Of a DNA stretch of 64,000 nt, positions 1-8,408 are shown one piece after another; position 1 is the first letter of the stretch, and every line of letters begins with the position of its first letter. Under the pieces are notes generated by a model, which did not search any database, was not told the origin of the DNA, and saw only the letters and a list, made by a program, of their open reading frames with translations. The position numbers were made by a program, and so were the translations under genes. This DNA comes from Capsulimonadaceae bacterium (GTDB lineage Bacteria > Armatimonadota > Armatimonadia > Armatimonadales > Capsulimonadaceae). The DNA lies in the NCBI GenBank assembly GCA_965215505.1, contig OZ244065.1, forward strand, positions 5,376,001 through 5,440,000, read 5' to 3'.

Positions 1-1
1 C

Positions 2-343
2 ATCGCCGGGTCCGAGTCTCTGCTGATCGCGTTCGACGAGAACTTCGAGCCGAAGGTCGTGATGACCGAAGCGCCGCACGGCACGGCCCCGTCGCTCCAG
101 GGCAAGAACATCGCTAACCCACTCGCCATGATCCTGGCCGGTGCCTCCATCCTGACATATCTGCACACGCCCGCAGCCAACCGCGCCTCCCGCGCCATCT
201 ACGAGGCCGCCTTTGAAGCCCTGCACGACGGCACCCGGACGTCGGACCTCGGGGGCGGCGCGACCACCTCGGAGTTCGTGGATACGGTCATCCACCGCGT
301 CCAGAGCAAGGTCGAGGTGTGGGAGACGCTGGGGGAGCGGTAG
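2..343 (+). CDS. Isocitrate/isopropylmalate dehydrogenase family protein, C-terminal part (5' end outside window)
   Basis: EAPHGTAPSLQGKNIANPLAMILA and TSDLGG motifs typical of IDH/IPMDH; frame is open to the window edge. Confidence 0.9.
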   Translation: MAGSESLLIAFDENFEPKVVMTEAPHGTAPSLQGKNIANPLAMILAGASILTYLHTPAANRASRAIYEAAFEALHDGTRTSDLGGGATTSEFVDTVIHRVQSKVEVWETLGER

Positions 344-365
344 GTTCGCGTGAGGTACAAGCCCG

Positions 366-638
366 GTGGCATTAGTCTTTAGGTCCCATGCCCTCCAGCG
401 CATGTTTCAGCGTCGTGTAAGCGCGGAAGCAGTCCGCAAAGCATTGGCAACGGGAGAGGACATCGAGGACTATCCGTATGATCTGCCTTATCCGGGTCGT
501 CTTGTGCTGGGTGAGGTTGACGGGCGTCCCCTGCACGTCGTTGTCGCCGACAATGCACAGGGTTTGGAGACTATTGTAATCACAGTGTACGAACCCGACC
601 CCACTTTATGGACCAGCGACTTTAGGAGGCGACGATGA
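366..638 (+). CDS. DUF4258-family putative toxin (RelE/MqsR-like RNase fold)
   Basis: HALQRM..R, IEDYP, RPLHVV and IVITVYEPDP.LW..DF motifs; stop overlaps the next ATG (ATGA). Confidence 0.8.
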   Translation: MALVFRSHALQRMFQRRVSAEAVRKALATGEDIEDYPYDLPYPGRLVLGEVDGRPLHVVVADNAQGLETIVITVYEPDPTLWTSDFRRRR

Positions 639-862
639 AATGCGTCATCTGTAAACAGGCCGATGTACAACCAGGAACCGCAACCGTGACTCTGGAACGT
701 GACGGCATGACGCTTGTAGTGAAGCATGTTTCCGCCCGCGTCTGCCCTAACTGCGGCGAGGAATACATAAACGAGGACGCGGCGGCACGTCTCATGGAAA
801 CGGCAGAGCAGGCCGCGAACTCCGGCGTTCAGGTTGACGTCCGTGAGTATGCCGTCGCCTAA
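635..862 (+). CDS. YgiT-type zinc finger protein (MqsA-like antitoxin N-domain, no HTH)
   Basis: MKCVIC...VSARVCPNCGEEY, two CxxC pairs; coupled to the DUF4258 gene. Confidence 0.85.
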   Translation: MKCVICKQADVQPGTATVTLERDGMTLVVKHVSARVCPNCGEEYINEDAAARLMETAEQAANSGVQVDVREYAVA

Positions 863-875
863 GAAAAGCCCCCTT

Positions 876-1403
876 ATGCCCCTACTCTCAGACAACCCGT
901 TCACCAGCCTCAGCCTCATCGCGGCCCCCGCCGTGCTGACCAACGCCTCGTCCGTCCTGGCGCTTGGCACTTCCAACCGCTTTGCACGCGCCATTGACCG
1001 CGCCCGCGCCCTGTCCGCGCTGCTGGAAAAAGAGGAGGTGACGGACGACCCCATGACCATCATGCGCGTCCACCACCTCAACCGCACCGAGCGGCGCGCG
1101 CTCCTGCTGCTCCATGCCCTGCGCGCCTTCTACCTCGCCCTGGGGTCCTTCGCGGCCTCGGGCCTGCTCTCGCTGCTGGGCGCGAGTGTCACCTCCTCCA
1201 CACACCATATCGTCTTCCGCATCACGCTCGTGGTCGGCCTGGTGACGGGATTTTGCGGGGTGGGGGGCCTGGTCTTCGGCTGCACACTGCTGGTGGAGGA
1301 GACGCGGCTGGCCGTCAAGAACGTCTCCGAGGAGGCCGTTCTGGTGCGAGAGCGCTTCAAAGACTATCTCACGGTTTCCGAAAAGGCGGGCGAGCCGGGA
1401 TGA
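876..1403 (+). CDS. DUF2721-like membrane protein
   Basis: APAVLTNASSVLALGTSNRFARAIDRAR motif, several hydrophobic helices; start chosen at ATG 876. Confidence 0.7.
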   Translation: MPLLSDNPFTSLSLIAAPAVLTNASSVLALGTSNRFARAIDRARALSALLEKEEVTDDPMTIMRVHHLNRTERRALLLLHALRAFYLALGSFAASGLLSLLGASVTSSTHHIVFRITLVVGLVTGFCGVGGLVFGCTLLVEETRLAVKNVSEEAVLVRERFKDYLTVSEKAGEPG

Positions 1404-1416
1404 AGGCTGCCCGGCC

Positions 1417-2439
1417 TCATCCCTGCCCTAACTGCACCCGCGCCGGGGCAGCCTCCGCTTGAGGCTGGGGCCGCGTCGGCGTCCCGAGCATCCACGCATC
1501 CACTTCCTCCACCGCCGCCGTCATGGCCGCCGCTTCCGAGGCCACGCGCTGCATGTCTTCGGCCAGCCTTGTCAGGTCCGCGATGTCGTGCGCGCCCGTG
1601 TAGTAGGCCGCCAGACTCGCCCGCAGCGCCTCCGTCTCCGCCGCCATCTCCTGCCTCAAGACCGAGAACCGCCGCACCAGCACGTTCGCCCGCGTGGTCG
1701 CGTCCGCCCGGCGGTGCAGGGCCTCCACGCGGCGGATGAGCGAAGCCGCCACCACCCGGTCCGGCTCGGCCTGCGCTTGGAGCAGCGTCTCCGCCGCCGT
1801 CCGCCGCAGAACCTCCGTCATGATGTCCGGAGTCTCGCCGCCCAGTGCCAGGTGCCCCACGGCCCGCGTCGCCGGCAGCCTGTCGATGGCATCGCCCAGG
1901 GCGCGCAGCGCGCTTCGGAGGTCTGCGCCCGAGGCGGGGCCTTGCTCCTGCACACCGGCGACCTCCTGCCGAACCACATCCATGACGAGTGTGAGGTAAG
2001 AACGCTCCAGCTCGTCATGCGCCTGCGGCAGCAGGGCGGCGACCTCGCCTGATGTCACGGCCCGCTCGTACATCTGCCGGTGCTGTCGTGCCACCAGTCG
2101 GCGCGGCTGGGCGAGGGCGAAGAACCATGTCCAGCCGCCGGCAAAGGCAAGGTCTAGCAGAACGGCCGACGACCCGAAAGCAGACAAGGCGTATCCCAGG
2201 GCAGGCGGGATCGCCAAAAAGCCCAAAGCGGTGCAGGCGCGAGCCGGCCCGCGAACAGCCCGGAGAGTGACTTGGGCCTCCTCGGAGGTCATCTGCCCCT
2301 TCTGCTTGCCTAGCCACCGGCGGCCCCAAAACCCGACGCGCGGCGGCGCGTCTTCCACGGCTTGCATAGGCCGCCCGGCGCGGCGCGCGGCGAGAGTCCG
2401 GCAGCGCTTTTCGCCTAAATCTTCTGGGAGTAGGTTCAT
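1417..2439 (-). CDS. Hypothetical membrane-anchored protein with coiled-coil C-terminus
   Basis: Two hydrophobic segments then Ala/Glu/Arg-rich helices; start set at ATG 2439 to avoid overlapping the SDR gene. Confidence 0.6.
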   Translation of the reverse strand: MNLLPEDLGEKRCRTLAARRAGRPMQAVEDAPPRVGFWGRRWLGKQKGQMTSEEAQVTLRAVRGPARACTALGFLAIPPALGYALSAFGSSAVLLDLAFAGGWTWFFALAQPRRLVARQHRQMYERAVTSGEVAALLPQAHDELERSYLTLVMDVVRQEVAGVQEQGPASGADLRSALRALGDAIDRLPATRAVGHLALGGETPDIMTEVLRRTAAETLLQAQAEPDRVVAASLIRRVEALHRRADATTRANVLVRRFSVLRQEMAAETEALRASLAAYYTGAHDIADLTRLAEDMQRVASEAAAMTAAVEEVDAWMLGTPTRPQPQAEAAPARVQLGQG

Positions 2440-2560
2440 GGGGCGACATTCGTTGCCGAAAGTGAAATCTCCTGCCACCAGCCGGAATAATTTCGCTCCC
2501 GCGCGGGTAGAAGCAGTCGGAACATCCGCCGCCCAGAGCGCGGCAGCAAGGGGCAGTATC

Positions 2561-3343
2561 ATGGGAATGCTTGACGGGAAGGTCGCCTTCATCACCGGGG
2601 GCGCGAGCGGCATCGGCAAGGGGACCGCGCTGCGGTTCGCGCGCGAGGGGGCAAAAATCGCCATCGCGGACATGCAGCCGGAAGAAGGCGAGAAGGCGCG
2701 GGCGGAGATCGAGGCGGCGGGCGGCGAGGCGCTGTTTTTCCCGCTCGACGTGTCCGAACCGGAGGCCGTGAAGTCGGCCATTGACGCCACGGTGGAGAAG
2801 TTCGGGCGGCTGGACAGCGTGTTCGCCAATGCGGGCATCAACGGCGTCTGGGCACCGCTGGAGGAGCTGACGCCGGAGGAGTGGGACAAGACGATTGCCA
2901 TCAACCTCAAGGGGACCTTCCTGACGGTCCACTATGCCGTGCCGCACCTGAAAAAGGGTGGGGGCGGCTCGATCATCATCACCAGCAGCGTCAACGGCAA
3001 TCGCACCTTTTCAAACCCCGGCGCGTCCGCCTACAGTACCAGCAAGGCCGGCCAAGTCGCCTTCATGAAGATGGCCGCCCTGGAACTCGGACGCCACCAC
3101 ATCCGCGTCAATGCGGTCTGCCCCGGCGCGATCCACACGAACATTGACGAGCGGACGGAGCAGCGCGGCACGGAGGGCATCGGCATCAAGGTGGAGATGC
3201 CGGAAGGCAGCCCCGCCCTGAACGAAGGCCAGGGTGAGCCGATAGACGTCGCCGATACCTGTCTGTTCCTCGCTTCCGATCTCTCGCGCCACGTCTCCGG
3301 CGTTGACATCTATGTGGACGGCGGCGCGTCCCTGCTGCGCTGA
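2561..3343 (+). CDS. Short-chain dehydrogenase/reductase (SDR)
   Basis: TGGASGIG, ANAG and YSTSK motifs. Confidence 0.92.
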   Translation: MGMLDGKVAFITGGASGIGKGTALRFAREGAKIAIADMQPEEGEKARAEIEAAGGEALFFPLDVSEPEAVKSAIDATVEKFGRLDSVFANAGINGVWAPLEELTPEEWDKTIAINLKGTFLTVHYAVPHLKKGGGGSIIITSSVNGNRTFSNPGASAYSTSKAGQVAFMKMAALELGRHHIRVNAVCPGAIHTNIDERTEQRGTEGIGIKVEMPEGSPALNEGQGEPIDVADTCLFLASDLSRHVSGVDIYVDGGASLLR

Positions 3344-3410
3344 AGGGCCGCGTTTCCCCCGCGCCTCGGGTATACTCTGCCCGTCTGCTCGGCGAAGGGG
3401 GAACACGGCC

Positions 3411-3728
3411 ATGCGGAGGCAAATCGAGGAGTTCTGTCACGACTGTGGGGCCGCCGTCGGCCAGCCGCATCAGGATGGCTGCGATGTGGAGAGGTGCAGC
3501 GTCTGCCACGGGCAGCGGATGTGCTGCGACTGCGCCGGCCACGACCCGCAGGCCTCCTACTGGACCGGCGAATGGCCCGGCGCAGCCCTCTGTCGCGAGC
3601 GCGGCTGGTGGTGCGTCCGGGCCAAGGTCGGCTGGCGGCCCTGTGAACAGGACACGCCGGGCGCGATGGAGGACTTCAACCGCCTGGCCTATTTCCAAAG
3701 CACCGGCCATGACGACCTGTACCGCTGA
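3411..3728 (+). CDS. Small Cys-rich putative Zn-binding protein
   Basis: CHDC..H..GCDVERCSVC...CCDC pattern; purine-rich RBS upstream. Confidence 0.7.
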   Translation: MRRQIEEFCHDCGAAVGQPHQDGCDVERCSVCHGQRMCCDCAGHDPQASYWTGEWPGAALCRERGWWCVRAKVGWRPCEQDTPGAMEDFNRLAYFQSTGHDDLYR

Positions 3729-3738
3729 GGAGAATCCC

Positions 3739-4473
3739 ATGCCCGTGACGATCACCGACGAACAGAGGCGTCAATATCAGGAAGACGGCTACTTCCTGCT
3801 GGAAAATGTCTTCGCCCCCGCCGAGATGGGGCGCGTCGCCGCCCTGATCGAGGGCTTCCAGCGCCGCCACGAGGAGGCCCTGGCCGCCGAGGGCGGCACC
3901 GTAGGCATCTCGCATATCGGCGAGATCACCTTCACCGACCACCTCGCCGAGAACGACTCCGAGATCGCCGCCTTTGTCACGCGGCCCGAGTTCGTCGCCA
4001 TCGCGACCCAACTTGTCGGCCCGGACGTGGACCTGTACTGGAACCAGTCCGTTTTCAAGCAGCCGGAAGGGAAACGCGAGTTCCCCTGGCACCAGGATGA
4101 CGGCTACACGCCCGTCACTCCTTCGCCCTACCTAACCCTCTGGCTGGCCCTGAACGACGCCACGCCCGAAAACGGCTGCATCTCCGTCCTGCCCGGCTCC
4201 CAGAAAGCGGGCCTGGCCCCGCACCATCCCAGCCCCATCGGCCTGGTCTGCCACGAGGCTGACGACCCCGACCAGGGCGTCCTCGTCCCGGTCAGGGCCG
4301 GCTCGCTCGCCGTCTTCCAGTCGCTGACGATGCACAAGAGCGGCGCGAACACTTCTTCCGGGACGCGTAAAGCCTACGTCATCCAATACTCGGCGGCCGG
4401 CTTACGTCACGCTGAAACCGGCGAACTGATCCCAAACCAGATCGCCGTGGCGCGGGACGGGGCGGCGGCGTAG
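3739..4473 (+). CDS. Phytanoyl-CoA dioxygenase (PhyH) family Fe(II)/2OG dioxygenase
   Basis: PWHQD (HxD), ENGCI..PGS, distal His (MHKSG) and Arg. Confidence 0.88.
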   Translation: MPVTITDEQRRQYQEDGYFLLENVFAPAEMGRVAALIEGFQRRHEEALAAEGGTVGISHIGEITFTDHLAENDSEIAAFVTRPEFVAIATQLVGPDVDLYWNQSVFKQPEGKREFPWHQDDGYTPVTPSPYLTLWLALNDATPENGCISVLPGSQKAGLAPHHPSPIGLVCHEADDPDQGVLVPVRAGSLAVFQSLTMHKSGANTSSGTRKAYVIQYSAAGLRHAETGELIPNQIAVARDGAAA

Positions 4474-4502
4474 GAACCCACCCATTAGGGTACAACCACT
4501 CA

Positions 4503-5768
4503 ATGCTTATCACCCGCGACACGCCGCCGCGCGACGCCATCCGCACCGGGTTCTTTTTTGCCATGGGCGTCGTCCTGCTGGCCCTCCTCGCCGTCGCGAC
4601 GCGCCGCTTCGCCGAGGCGACCCTGGCTGTCATCACGCCCTTCGCTTTGGGCCTGACACTAGCCCTGCTGCTGGACCCCCTCGCCGCCCGGCTGATGAAG
4701 CGCGGCCTGAAGCGCACCCCTGCGGCGGGGATCGTCTTCGGCGTCTTCGTGCTGCTGATCGTCGGCATCGGCTGGCTGACCATCCCCGCCCTGATCGCCC
4801 AGGCGGGGGACCTTGCCCAGAACGGGCCGAAATACATTGACGGCCTCAAGGACCACTACACCACCTTCTCCAAACTGCACCCAAAGATCGGCCCCGTCAA
4901 ACTACCGGGCAGCCTCGACAATCTCACCCAGCAGTTGTCGGGCCGCGCCTCAACCCTCCTGCAAGGGGCGGGCGACAAGATCGTCACGTTCCTGCTCGGG
5001 TCGGCGACGGTCGCCATCCAGCTCGTCCTGAGCCTGATCATCGCCTTCTACTTCCTGGCCGATCTGGATCGCCTGCGCGCGCGCCTGTTCTATTTGGCTC
5101 CGGCCAAGTGGCGCGGGATGATGGGGCATGTGGGCGGCGACGTGGGCGGCGTCTTCTCCGACTATCTGCGCGGGCTGCTCATCGTCTGCGCCCTGTACGG
5201 CGTCTTCACCATCGGCCTACTGTATGGGTTGAGCCTCTTCCACCACTCGATGGCCCAATATGCCCTGTTGGTCGGGGCCGCCGCAGGCGTCCTCTATGCC
5301 GTGCCCTACCTGGGGGCGTTCTCGACGGCCCTCATCACCTTCCTCGTCTCCTTCGCCGCCGCCACAGCCGACCACGCCAGCGGCCTGGGATTTGGCGGGA
5401 TCGCGCTTGCCGCCACCCTGGTCTTGAACCAGGTCTTCGACAACGTCGTCACCCCGCGTGTGGTCGGCGGCGGCGTGGGCTTGCACCCCATCCTCGCCCT
5501 GTTCTCCCTGGTCATCGGCGGCGAGCTGTTCGGCATCTGGGGGATGCTTCTCTCCGTGCCCATCGCCGGCAGCATCCAGGCGATCCTGTTCCGGCTCTAT
5601 CCCAAGCTGACGAAGCCCACCCCGTCGCCGTTCCTGCGGGCGCAGGGCGTCGCTCCCGACGAGGGCGAGTCCGCGAAGGTGATGGAGGGGGACCGGTCGG
5701 TGACGCGCCATGAGCAGGAAAAAGAAGGGAAGGAGCGGGAGCAAGAAGCGGCGGGCGCCAATCCATAA
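4503..5768 (+). CDS. AI-2E family transporter
   Basis: Multi-TM; VPYLG, NVVTPRVVG..VGLHP and FGIWGMLLSVP motifs. Confidence 0.9.
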   Translation: MLITRDTPPRDAIRTGFFFAMGVVLLALLAVATRRFAEATLAVITPFALGLTLALLLDPLAARLMKRGLKRTPAAGIVFGVFVLLIVGIGWLTIPALIAQAGDLAQNGPKYIDGLKDHYTTFSKLHPKIGPVKLPGSLDNLTQQLSGRASTLLQGAGDKIVTFLLGSATVAIQLVLSLIIAFYFLADLDRLRARLFYLAPAKWRGMMGHVGGDVGGVFSDYLRGLLIVCALYGVFTIGLLYGLSLFHHSMAQYALLVGAAAGVLYAVPYLGAFSTALITFLVSFAAATADHASGLGFGGIALAATLVLNQVFDNVVTPRVVGGGVGLHPILALFSLVIGGELFGIWGMLLSVPIAGSIQAILFRLYPKLTKPTPSPFLRAQGVAPDEGESAKVMEGDRSVTRHEQEKEGKEREQEAAGANP

Positions 5769-5799
5769 GGATCGGTGCCCGCCAAGGCGGTCAGGCGCG

Positions 5800-6549
5800 T
5801 CAGGCTGCGGCGGTGGCCTTTCTGCGGCCCCTGGAAAGTGCCAGGCCGGCCAGGCCGAGTGCGCCGATCGCCAGCGCCAGCGACTGCGACGGCTCCGGGA
5901 CCGTACTCGGGGCCAGGGTCACTTTCCCGAAGAGGTCGGCGCTTCCCGAGGCCCCTTCAAAGACATGTAATTCGGTGTTGTTGTTGGCGAGGAACCCGTT
6001 GCTGGCGTTCACGTTCCCGAATCCGGTCAGGGCCAGCGTGTAGACCTTGCCGCCCAGGGTGAACGCCTGGTTGGGGAAGCTCGTCGCCAGCGTAATGTAG
6101 TCGGCGTTCTGCGCCTGTGTCCCCGTGTTCGGCGTTGCAGTGATGGGGACCTCGAATGTGAACGACTGCGTCCCGATCCCGGCCGGGGCGGTGAACACCA
6201 GCGTCGGCATGAGAGCGATCCCATCAATGTTGGTCCCGGTCGCGCTGCTGCCGTTGAAGTAGGACAGGCGGCCGACCACGAACGGGGTGTCGGTGAGGGT
6301 GTTGAACGAGCCGGTGCTAAAGCCCAGCTCGTTTTTCGCAGTCCCTGTCCCGGTATTATCCCCCCACTTGATGTCGTTCGTGCCGACGCCAGTGAGGAAG
6401 GGTGCAGAGCCTGCTTCCTGGACGGGGTTGATGAAGACGGCACTGCTCGTGCCTGTGACGGGGTCCGGTCCTGCCTGACTTGGCACCGCGCCGGCGAGAC
6501 CGCCGACGAGAAGTACCAGCGTGAGGCTGGCGGAGGAAGAGATGTGCAT
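5800..6549 (-). CDS. PEP-CTERM surface protein (choice-of-anchor K-like domain)
   Basis: Signal peptide; WG..., TPN...AD, YTL.LTGF; C-terminal VPEPS + TM helix + RGRRK. Confidence 0.82.
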   Translation of the reverse strand: MHISSSASLTLVLLVGGLAGAVPSQAGPDPVTGTSSAVFINPVQEAGSAPFLTGVGTNDIKWGDNTGTGTAKNELGFSTGSFNTLTDTPFVVGRLSYFNGSSATGTNIDGIALMPTLVFTAPAGIGTQSFTFEVPITATPNTGTQAQNADYITLATSFPNQAFTLGGKVYTLALTGFGNVNASNGFLANNNTELHVFEGASGSADLFGKVTLAPSTVPEPSQSLALAIGALGLAGLALSRGRRKATAAA

Positions 6550-6630
6550 GACGTGTACCTTTCTGCTTGAAAACGACGCGAGGTAAAACACGACACAGGG
6601 CAAGCAGCCGAGCGGCGCCTCCTTCTTCCA

Positions 6631-6647
6631 TGCACGACTCATGCCAA
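6631..6647 (-). promoter_or_regulatory. Putative sigma54 (-24/-12) promoter of the PEP-CTERM gene
   Basis: Minus strand reads TTGGCATGAGTCGTGCA, GG-N10-GC spacing, about 80 bp upstream of the start. Confidence 0.5.
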
Positions 6648-6695
6648 GCCCGGCATTCTTTACTGACACAAATACCTGTTCTTGGCACCTGTTTT

Positions 6696-7130
6696 TTAGA
6701 GCGCGTCGTTCTGGAAGAACTCGATGACCTCGCCGTCCGGCCCTTTGACGAAGGCTAGGCGCACCGGCACCGGGTATTCGCCTGCGATGGTTACGTCCTT
6801 CGGCTCGATCTGCGAGATTGCCCCCGCCGCCATGGCGCGGGCATAAGCACCGTCAACGTCCGCTGTCCGCAGGGCGAAATGCAGCAGCGCACCCTCGGGG
6901 GCTTCTTCGCCCGCCGCCCGCTTGCCCCCGGCGAAGACCTCCAAATAGTTGCCGTCGCCGGTGTCCAGCATCGCCGCCCGGCTGTCGCCTTCGCCCCAGC
7001 CGAAGGTGCGGACGAAGCCCAGGCCCTCCTGATAGAAGCGCAGGGTCGCCTCGAAATCGGACGCCCGCAGGGCGATGTGGTGGAAGCCGGGCGCGTTCTT
7101 AGGCTTTCCGGGGATATGATTATCTGACAT
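6696..7130 (-). CDS. VOC/glyoxalase family protein
   Basis: FHHIAL, LEVF, LLHFAL and GPDGEVIEFFQ metal-ligand pattern. Confidence 0.88.
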   Translation of the reverse strand: MSDNHIPGKPKNAPGFHHIALRASDFEATLRFYQEGLGFVRTFGWGEGDSRAAMLDTGDGNYLEVFAGGKRAAGEEAPEGALLHFALRTADVDGAYARAMAAGAISQIEPKDVTIAGEYPVPVRLAFVKGPDGEVIEFFQNDAL

Positions 7131-7200
7131 GTCTAGTCTCCTCCAGTCGTGGTTTGGCCGATTGTACCCGAGGCAGCGCTGTTCCTGTCTTCTCCCACCG

Positions 7201-7941
7201 GTGCGCGGCTCCTTGCGATACAAAGCCACTCGTGTTAACTCCAGCGCTTTTACGCTCCTCGAACTCCTCGTCATCCTAGGCGTCATCGCCGCCCTTGCCG
7301 CAGTCCTGCTGCCGGTCTTCTTTGCTTCGCGGGAGCGGGCGCGGCGGACGTCTTGCCTCTCGAACCTCCGTCAACTCGATACCGCGCTGTTCATGTACAC
7401 CCAGGATAATGACGGGTTCTTTCCAGTGGCCCCGGCGGATGGGGACGGGGACGGCCCCAACTGGATGGAGGCGGTCCATCCGCTTGTCAGCAGCCACGAC
7501 ATTTTCCGCTGCACTGACTGTCCTATTCCTGACCCCGTCGGCGGGCCGGATCTGACCGATGCTGGGTACGCCCTGAACTACGAGCTTTATGATGCCCGCC
7601 GATCCCCGGATGCTGGGCCGGGCACTCCGGCCTCCGACTTGATGGTATCCTTTCCAGCGGCGACGGTTTCCCTGTGTGAAGTCGGCTATCGCACGGGGCC
7701 GAGGAAAGACGACACGAGTTACAGCACGGCGACTAACGCGCCGGATACTGCCGACGACCTAAACTCCGGTGTGACCACTTTCGGCCCGCCAGGGGCGTTG
7801 CGTCATAATGGTGGAAGCAACTACGGCTTTGTGGATGGGCACGTCCGGTGGTATCGTCCCGACCAGGTAGCTGCTGCTAAAGTAACCATGAATGGGGTAC
7901 TCGTGGGAAACAACGGCTCCGCGCCGACGTTCGCCCGGTGA
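7201..7941 (+). CDS. Prepilin-type N-terminal cleavage / H-X9-DG (DUF1559-like) protein
   Basis: AFTLLELLVILGVIA, ARRTSCLSNLRQ and RHNGGSNYGFVDGHV; start uncertain (GTG 7201 vs ATG 7129). Confidence 0.82.
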   Translation: MRGSLRYKATRVNSSAFTLLELLVILGVIAALAAVLLPVFFASRERARRTSCLSNLRQLDTALFMYTQDNDGFFPVAPADGDGDGPNWMEAVHPLVSSHDIFRCTDCPIPDPVGGPDLTDAGYALNYELYDARRSPDAGPGTPASDLMVSFPAATVSLCEVGYRTGPRKDDTSYSTATNAPDTADDLNSGVTTFGPPGALRHNGGSNYGFVDGHVRWYRPDQVAAAKVTMNGVLVGNNGSAPTFAR

Positions 7942-7969
7942 TGGAGCGTCCGCGCGACGGAAACTGCTC

Positions 7970-7999
7970 TTGACATCCCCCGCCGCCCGCGTGTATAAT
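7970..7999 (+). promoter_or_regulatory. Sigma70 promoter of the T-box leader
   Basis: Perfect TTGACA (7970-7975), 18-bp spacer, TATAAT (7994-7999). Confidence 0.85.
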
Positions 8000-8173
8000 C
8001 AAGCCGAAGTATTCCAACAATCTTATTGAGACACAACGGCGATGACGGAGACGAGTACGCCGCGAACACTCTAGCAGAGCGATCTGCGCCAGAGAGCCGG
8101 GGGAGCTGAGAACCGGCAGGGGAAGCGCGGCGGAAAATGACTCCCGAGCCGGGTGGGGGAAAGGCGCGCTGGA

Positions 8174-8199
8174 AGGGCGAACATAAGGTTCGCCCCTAC
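8174..8199 (-). repeat. GTAG-type REP hairpin inside the T-box stem II
   Basis: AGGGCGAACATAAGGTTCGCCCCTAC, 1 mismatch from the copy at 51823-51848. Confidence 0.85.
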
Positions 8200-8340
8200 T
8201 GAGTGCCGAGTAGTTCGCTCCGGGGGGCTCCCGTGACAGGGCCAGGGTCGAAAGGGCGCGCTCATCCGCGCGCCACTTGCACCCGCCAAGGCGGACGCCG
8301 TGAGGCGTCCGTGAAACAAGGTGGTACCACGGGGGCATGA

Positions 8341-8376
8341 GCCTTTCGTCCTTGTGTGGGGGCGGACGGCTTTTTT
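8341..8376 (+). terminator. T-box intrinsic terminator
   Basis: GCC.TTCGTCCTT / GGGGCGGA.GGC stem followed by TTTTTT; shares sequence with the antiterminator 3' strand. Confidence 0.82.
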
Positions 8377-8408
8377 AGTGCCTTTTTGAATATCCGTGGG
8401 AGGGAACC

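Larger units (their letters stand above)
8038..8376 (+). ncRNA. T-box riboswitch (transcriptional), specifier codon AUG (Met)
   Basis: Stem I with K-turn GA motif, AGUA (8054-8057), CGCCGCG/CGCGGCG helix, AGAGAG and GCUGAG apical motifs, specifier loop GAAAAUGA (8133-8140); stem II GAA/AGUA; CCGUGA box; T-box CAAGG-UGGUACC-ACG (8317-8331) pairing with CGU-CCUUG. Confidence 0.92.

Noticed and set aside
2440-2910. Extension of the 1417 minus-strand ORF to 497 aa
   Set aside because: It overlaps the SDR gene on the opposite strand
7129-7200. Divergent genes sharing overlapping ATG codons (7128-7131)
   Set aside because: That would leave no promoter space; a later start near 7201 gives a normal prepilin leader
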